A stretch of 64,000 nucleotides of DNA from Nocardioides sp. Lineage in GTDB: Bacteria; Actinomycetota; Actinomycetes; Propionibacteriales; Nocardioidaceae. Under the pieces are notes generated by a model. It worked only from the letters and a program-made list of their open reading frames with translations, was not told the origin of the DNA and did no database searches. The DNA lies in NCBI GenBank assembly GCA_051657705.1, contig JBOFLE010000037.1, positions 22,033 to 86,032 on the forward strand. The letters are read 5' to 3'. This document shows positions 60,954 through 64,000 of this stretch, piece by piece. Position numbers and translations under genes: made by a program. How positions within the stretch are numbered: position 1 is the first letter of the stretch; each line of letters opens with the position of its first letter.

Positions 60954-63900
60954 ATGGAGATCACGGAACAACCTGTCGACCCCGCCGTTGACCCTACTGT
61001 TGACCCCGCCGCCGAACGGGCCGTCGAGCGGGCGGTCGAGTGTGCCGAGCGGCTGTTGCGGCGAGCGATCCAACTCGATCGCGAAACCGGCCTCCGGCAG
61101 CGGCGCCGGCGCTCTCGGCTGGCGTCCCTGATCGGCAGTCCGCGGACGGCCGCGCTGGCCCGTGGCCTCACCGACCAGGTGCTTCGGATCGACGATCCGG
61201 CCGTGGCCGCGACCCGCTTCTCATCGGTGGTGCGGGACGCCTCCCTGACCGACCTGGGCACCACCGATCGCCTCCTGCTCCGCGCCGCGGCCGGGCTGGC
61301 CCCGGCGGCTCCCCGGGTGGTGATGCCGCTGGTGCTCAGACGGTTGCGCGACGAGTCGGCCGACGCCGTCGTGCTGGATCGCGAGCCCGAAATCGGCCGG
61401 TACCTGGCCCGCCGGCGAGCCGCAGAGGATGGCTTGCGGGGCAACGTCAACGTGCTGGGCGAAGCCATCCTCGGCCCGGCCGAAGCCGAGCGCCGACTGA
61501 CCCAGATCGAGACCGTCATCGCACGGCCCGAAGTCGACTACGTGTCGGTCAAGATCTCCGCGATCTGCTCCCGGATCAACGTCCTTGCCTTCGACGCCAC
61601 CGTCGAGACGGCCGGCGACGCATTGCGCCGGATCTATCGCGCCGCCATGGCGGCACGTCCCCGGGTCTTCGTCAACGTCGACATGGAGGAGTACCGGGAT
61701 CTCGAGCTGACCGTGGCGGCCTACCTCCGGGTACTGTCCGAGCCGGAGTTCCTCCGGCTCCCGACCGGGATCGTGATCCAGGCCTACCTGCCGGACGCAC
61801 ACGGGGTCGCCCGCGAACTCTGCGAGTTCGCCAGGGTCCGGGCCGGGCGTGGCGGCGCGCCGATCAAGGTGCGGTTGGTCAAGGGCGCGAACCTGGCCAT
61901 GGAACTGGTCGAAGCGGAGATGCATGGCTGGCTGTCGGCGCCGTACCCGACGAAGGCACAGGTCGATGCCAGCTACAAGCTCCTGCTGGAGACCCTGCTC
62001 GACGAACGCTACGACGACTCCGTGCGGGTCGGCGTCGCCAGCCAGAATCTCTTCGACGTGGCCTGGGCGATCGGTCTGCGAGAAGAACTGGCCGGCCGCG
62101 GTCAGGCGGATCGGATGGGCTTCGAGATGCTCGAAGGCATGGCACCCGGGCAAGCCCGAGCGATCGCCGAGGCCGTGGGCGAGGTGGTGCTCTACACCCC
62201 CGTGGTGCGGCCCGACGACTTCACCGCCGCGATCGCCTATCTGGTGCGGCGGCTGGACGAGAACACCGCTCCGGACAACTACCTGAGGTCGGTGTTCGAG
62301 ATCGCCCCGGGCAACGAGGTCTTCCGCCGTGAGGCCGCGCGTTTCCGGACCGCCGTCCGCGATCGACGGTCGGTCTCGACCGACCCGCGGCGTGGTCTCG
62401 ATCTCGTCGTGGCGCCGGGCGCCGCCGACCACCTGGTCACCTTCGACAGCTTCCGCAACGCGGCCGACACCGACCTCACCTCGGCTGCCGGCCGAGCGCG
62501 GATCGCCGCCGCCATCGACACCGCCATCGACACCATCCGGGATCGCGAACCCGGGTCGACGCAACGCCGTGTCGGCATCGCCGAGGTGAACGCGGCCGTC
62601 CACGCCGGCCGGACGGCACAACCGGCATGGGCGGCGTTGCCGCTCCCGGAGCGAGCGCGCCTGGTGGCAGCCGTCGGCGACGTGGTTGCCCGGCGTCGAC
62701 CGGAGATCATCGCGACGATGGCCCATGAGGCGGGAAAGATCGTCGCCGAAGGCGACCCCGAGGTGTCGGAGGCGATCGACTTCGCGCGGTGGTACGCCGC
62801 CGCGGTGCGCCAGTTGGAGCATCGCCGTTCGACCGGCGCACCGGGCCGGTCCGGCGAGGCTCCCACCGATAGCGGGATCGGCGTGGTCGTGATCGCGCCT
62901 CCGTGGAACTTCCCGTTCGCGATTGCCCTGGGCGGCGCCCTGGCGGCCCTGGCGGCGGGCAATGCGGTGGTGTTGAAGCCGGCCCCGCAGACGCCGCTGA
63001 CCGGGCGCCTGGTGGCCGAGTGCTGTTGGGAGGCGGGCATCCCTCGCGACGCGATCCAGTTCCTGCGCTGTGCCGAGGACGAGGCCGGCCGGGCCCTGAT
63101 CACCCATGACGACGTATCCGCGGTGGTGCTCACCGGCGCACGTGCCACCGCCGACCTGTTCCACTCCTGGAAGCCCTCGCTCAGGCTCCTGGGCGAGACC
63201 AGCGGCAAGAACTCGATGGTGATCACCGCAGCGGCCGACCTCGAACTGGCGGTCAAGGACCTCGTGCGCTCCGCCTTCGGGCACGCCGGCCAGAAGTGTT
63301 CGGCCGCCAGCCTGGCCATCGTCGAGGAGTCCGTCCTCACCGGCACCACATTCCTCGACCGGCTGGCGGACGCGACCAGGAACCTGGTCACCGGTCCGGC
63401 CCGTCTGGCGACGACCGATATCGGGCCGCTGATCGAACCGCCGTCGGATCAGCTCCGCCGCGCGCTCGGCGTCCTGGGTGCCGGCGAATCCTGGTTGGTG
63501 CGGCCACAGTGCCTGAACGAGGATGAGACGCTCTGGTCTCCCGGCATCCGGACGGGTGTGCGACCCGGCTCCTGGTTCCACCTCACCGAGTGCTTCGGCC
63601 CGGTCCTCGGCATCCTCGCGGCAGACGACCTCGACCATGCGATCGAGTTGCAGAACGCGCCGGCTTACGGCCTGACCGCCGGGCTACACAGCCTGGACCC
63701 AGGCCAGATCCGGCAGTGGGTCGACCGGGCCGAGGCCGGGAACCTCTACGTCAACCGGACCACCACCGGCGCGATCGTCGGCCGGCAGCCGTTCGGCGGT
63801 TGGAAGCGGTCAGCGGTCGGCCCGACCGCGAAAGCGGGCGGCCGGCACTATGTGGATGCCCTCTGCACATGGGGGGAGGGCGCATGGGGGGAGGGCGCAT

Positions 63901-64000
63901 GGAGGGAGGGCGCATGGGAGGCCGACGGGGCCGTTCAATCGGTCGGGGCCGGCTACCGGGCCTGGGCGACCGAACACCTCGATACCGAGAGCGACGCGCA
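60954..64000 (+). CDS. putA: Bifunctional proline dehydrogenase/glutamate-semialdehyde dehydrogenase PutA, 3' end outside window
   Basis: Manual translation from ATG 60954: NVNVLGEAILG, DMEEYRDL, VRLVKGANL, LYTPVV, AYLVRRLDEN, PWNFP, ETSGKN, GHAGQKCSA, ECFGPV, QPFGGWKRS. Confidence 0.93.
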   Translation, partial: MEITEQPVDPAVDPTVDPAAERAVERAVECAERLLRRAIQLDRETGLRQRRRRSRLASLIGSPRTAALARGLTDQVLRIDDPAVAATRFSSVVRDASLTDLGTTDRLLLRAAAGLAPAAPRVVMPLVLRRLRDESADAVVLDREPEIGRYLARRRAAEDGLRGNVNVLGEAILGPAEAERRLTQIETVIARPEVDYVSVKISAICSRINVLAFDATVETAGDALRRIYRAAMAARPRVFVNVDMEEYRDLELTVAAYLRVLSEPEFLRLPTGIVIQAYLPDAHGVARELCEFARVRAGRGGAPIKVRLVKGANLAMELVEAEMHGWLSAPYPTKAQVDASYKLLLETLLDERYDDSVRVGVASQNLFDVAWAIGLREELAGRGQADRMGFEMLEGMAPGQARAIAEAVGEVVLYTPVVRPDDFTAAIAYLVRRLDENTAPDNYLRSVFEIAPGNEVFRREAARFRTAVRDRRSVSTDPRRGLDLVVAPGAADHLVTFDSFRNAADTDLTSAAGRARIAAAIDTAIDTIRDREPGSTQRRVGIAEVNAAVHAGRTAQPAWAALPLPERARLVAAVGDVVARRRPEIIATMAHEAGKIVAEGDPEVSEAIDFARWYAAAVRQLEHRRSTGAPGRSGEAPTDSGIGVVVIAPPWNFPFAIALGGALAALAAGNAVVLKPAPQTPLTGRLVAECCWEAGIPRDAIQFLRCAEDEAGRALITHDDVSAVVLTGARATADLFHSWKPSLRLLGETSGKNSMVITAAADLELAVKDLVRSAFGHAGQKCSAASLAIVEESVLTGTTFLDRLADATRNLVTGPARLATTDIGPLIEPPSDQLRRALGVLGAGESWLVRPQCLNEDETLWSPGIRTGVRPGSWFHLTECFGPVLGILAADDLDHAIELQNAPAYGLTAGLHSLDPGQIRQWVDRAEAGNLYVNRTTTGAIVGRQPFGGWKRSAVGPTAKAGGRHYVDALCTWGEGAWGEGAWREGAWEADGAVQSVGAGYRAWATEHLDTESDA
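63868..63920 (+). repeat. 15-bp G-rich in-frame repeat (3.5 copies), encoding WGEGA-WGEGA-WREGA-WE
   Basis: CATGGGGGGAGGGCG at 63868 and 63883, variant at 63898, partial at 63913. Confidence 0.9.

Noticed and set aside
60954-64000. PutA as a hydroxyproline dehydrogenase
   Set aside because: The Tyr that restricts hydroxyproline use in E. coli PutA (Y540) appears retained, and no hydroxyproline pathway genes are in the window.

Overview
High-GC actinobacterial chromosome segment, most like Nocardioidaceae (inferred from protein and repeat style). About 53 kb is conserved housekeeping backbone, mostly on the minus strand: M16 protease-pnp-rpsO, ribF-truB-rbfA-infB-ylxR-nusA-rimP, proS-ispG-rseP-dxr, a polyamine/GABA catabolic cluster containing a small MazF-type TA module, smc, fpg-rnc-rpmF-yceD-coaD-rsmD-recG-DAK2/rpmB, thiL, ddl-gpsA-plsC/cofC and leuCD/IclR. 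The last ~10.5 kb is accessory: MDR oxidoreductase/HxlR, DUF2975-XRE-ABC exporter, ada-alkA/ogt and PAS-AraC/putA (putA runs off the end). I found no tRNA, rRNA, IS or true CRISPR. The most unusual signals are intergenic. (1) A chain of three stop/start-overlapped mini-ORFs runs from ylxR towards infB and ends on a sequence that can pair with an infB Shine-Dalgarno candidate. (2) An 83-bp MIRU-like tandem repeat between proS and a HAD gene has units that are each an ATGA-coupled mini-ORF, and it also supplies the ProRS C-terminus. (3) Two separate families of REP-like palindromes are present. The block normally found between smc and the polyamine/dxr region (ftsY to rlmN) is also absent. All calls are by eye from sequence and motifs; no searches were run.
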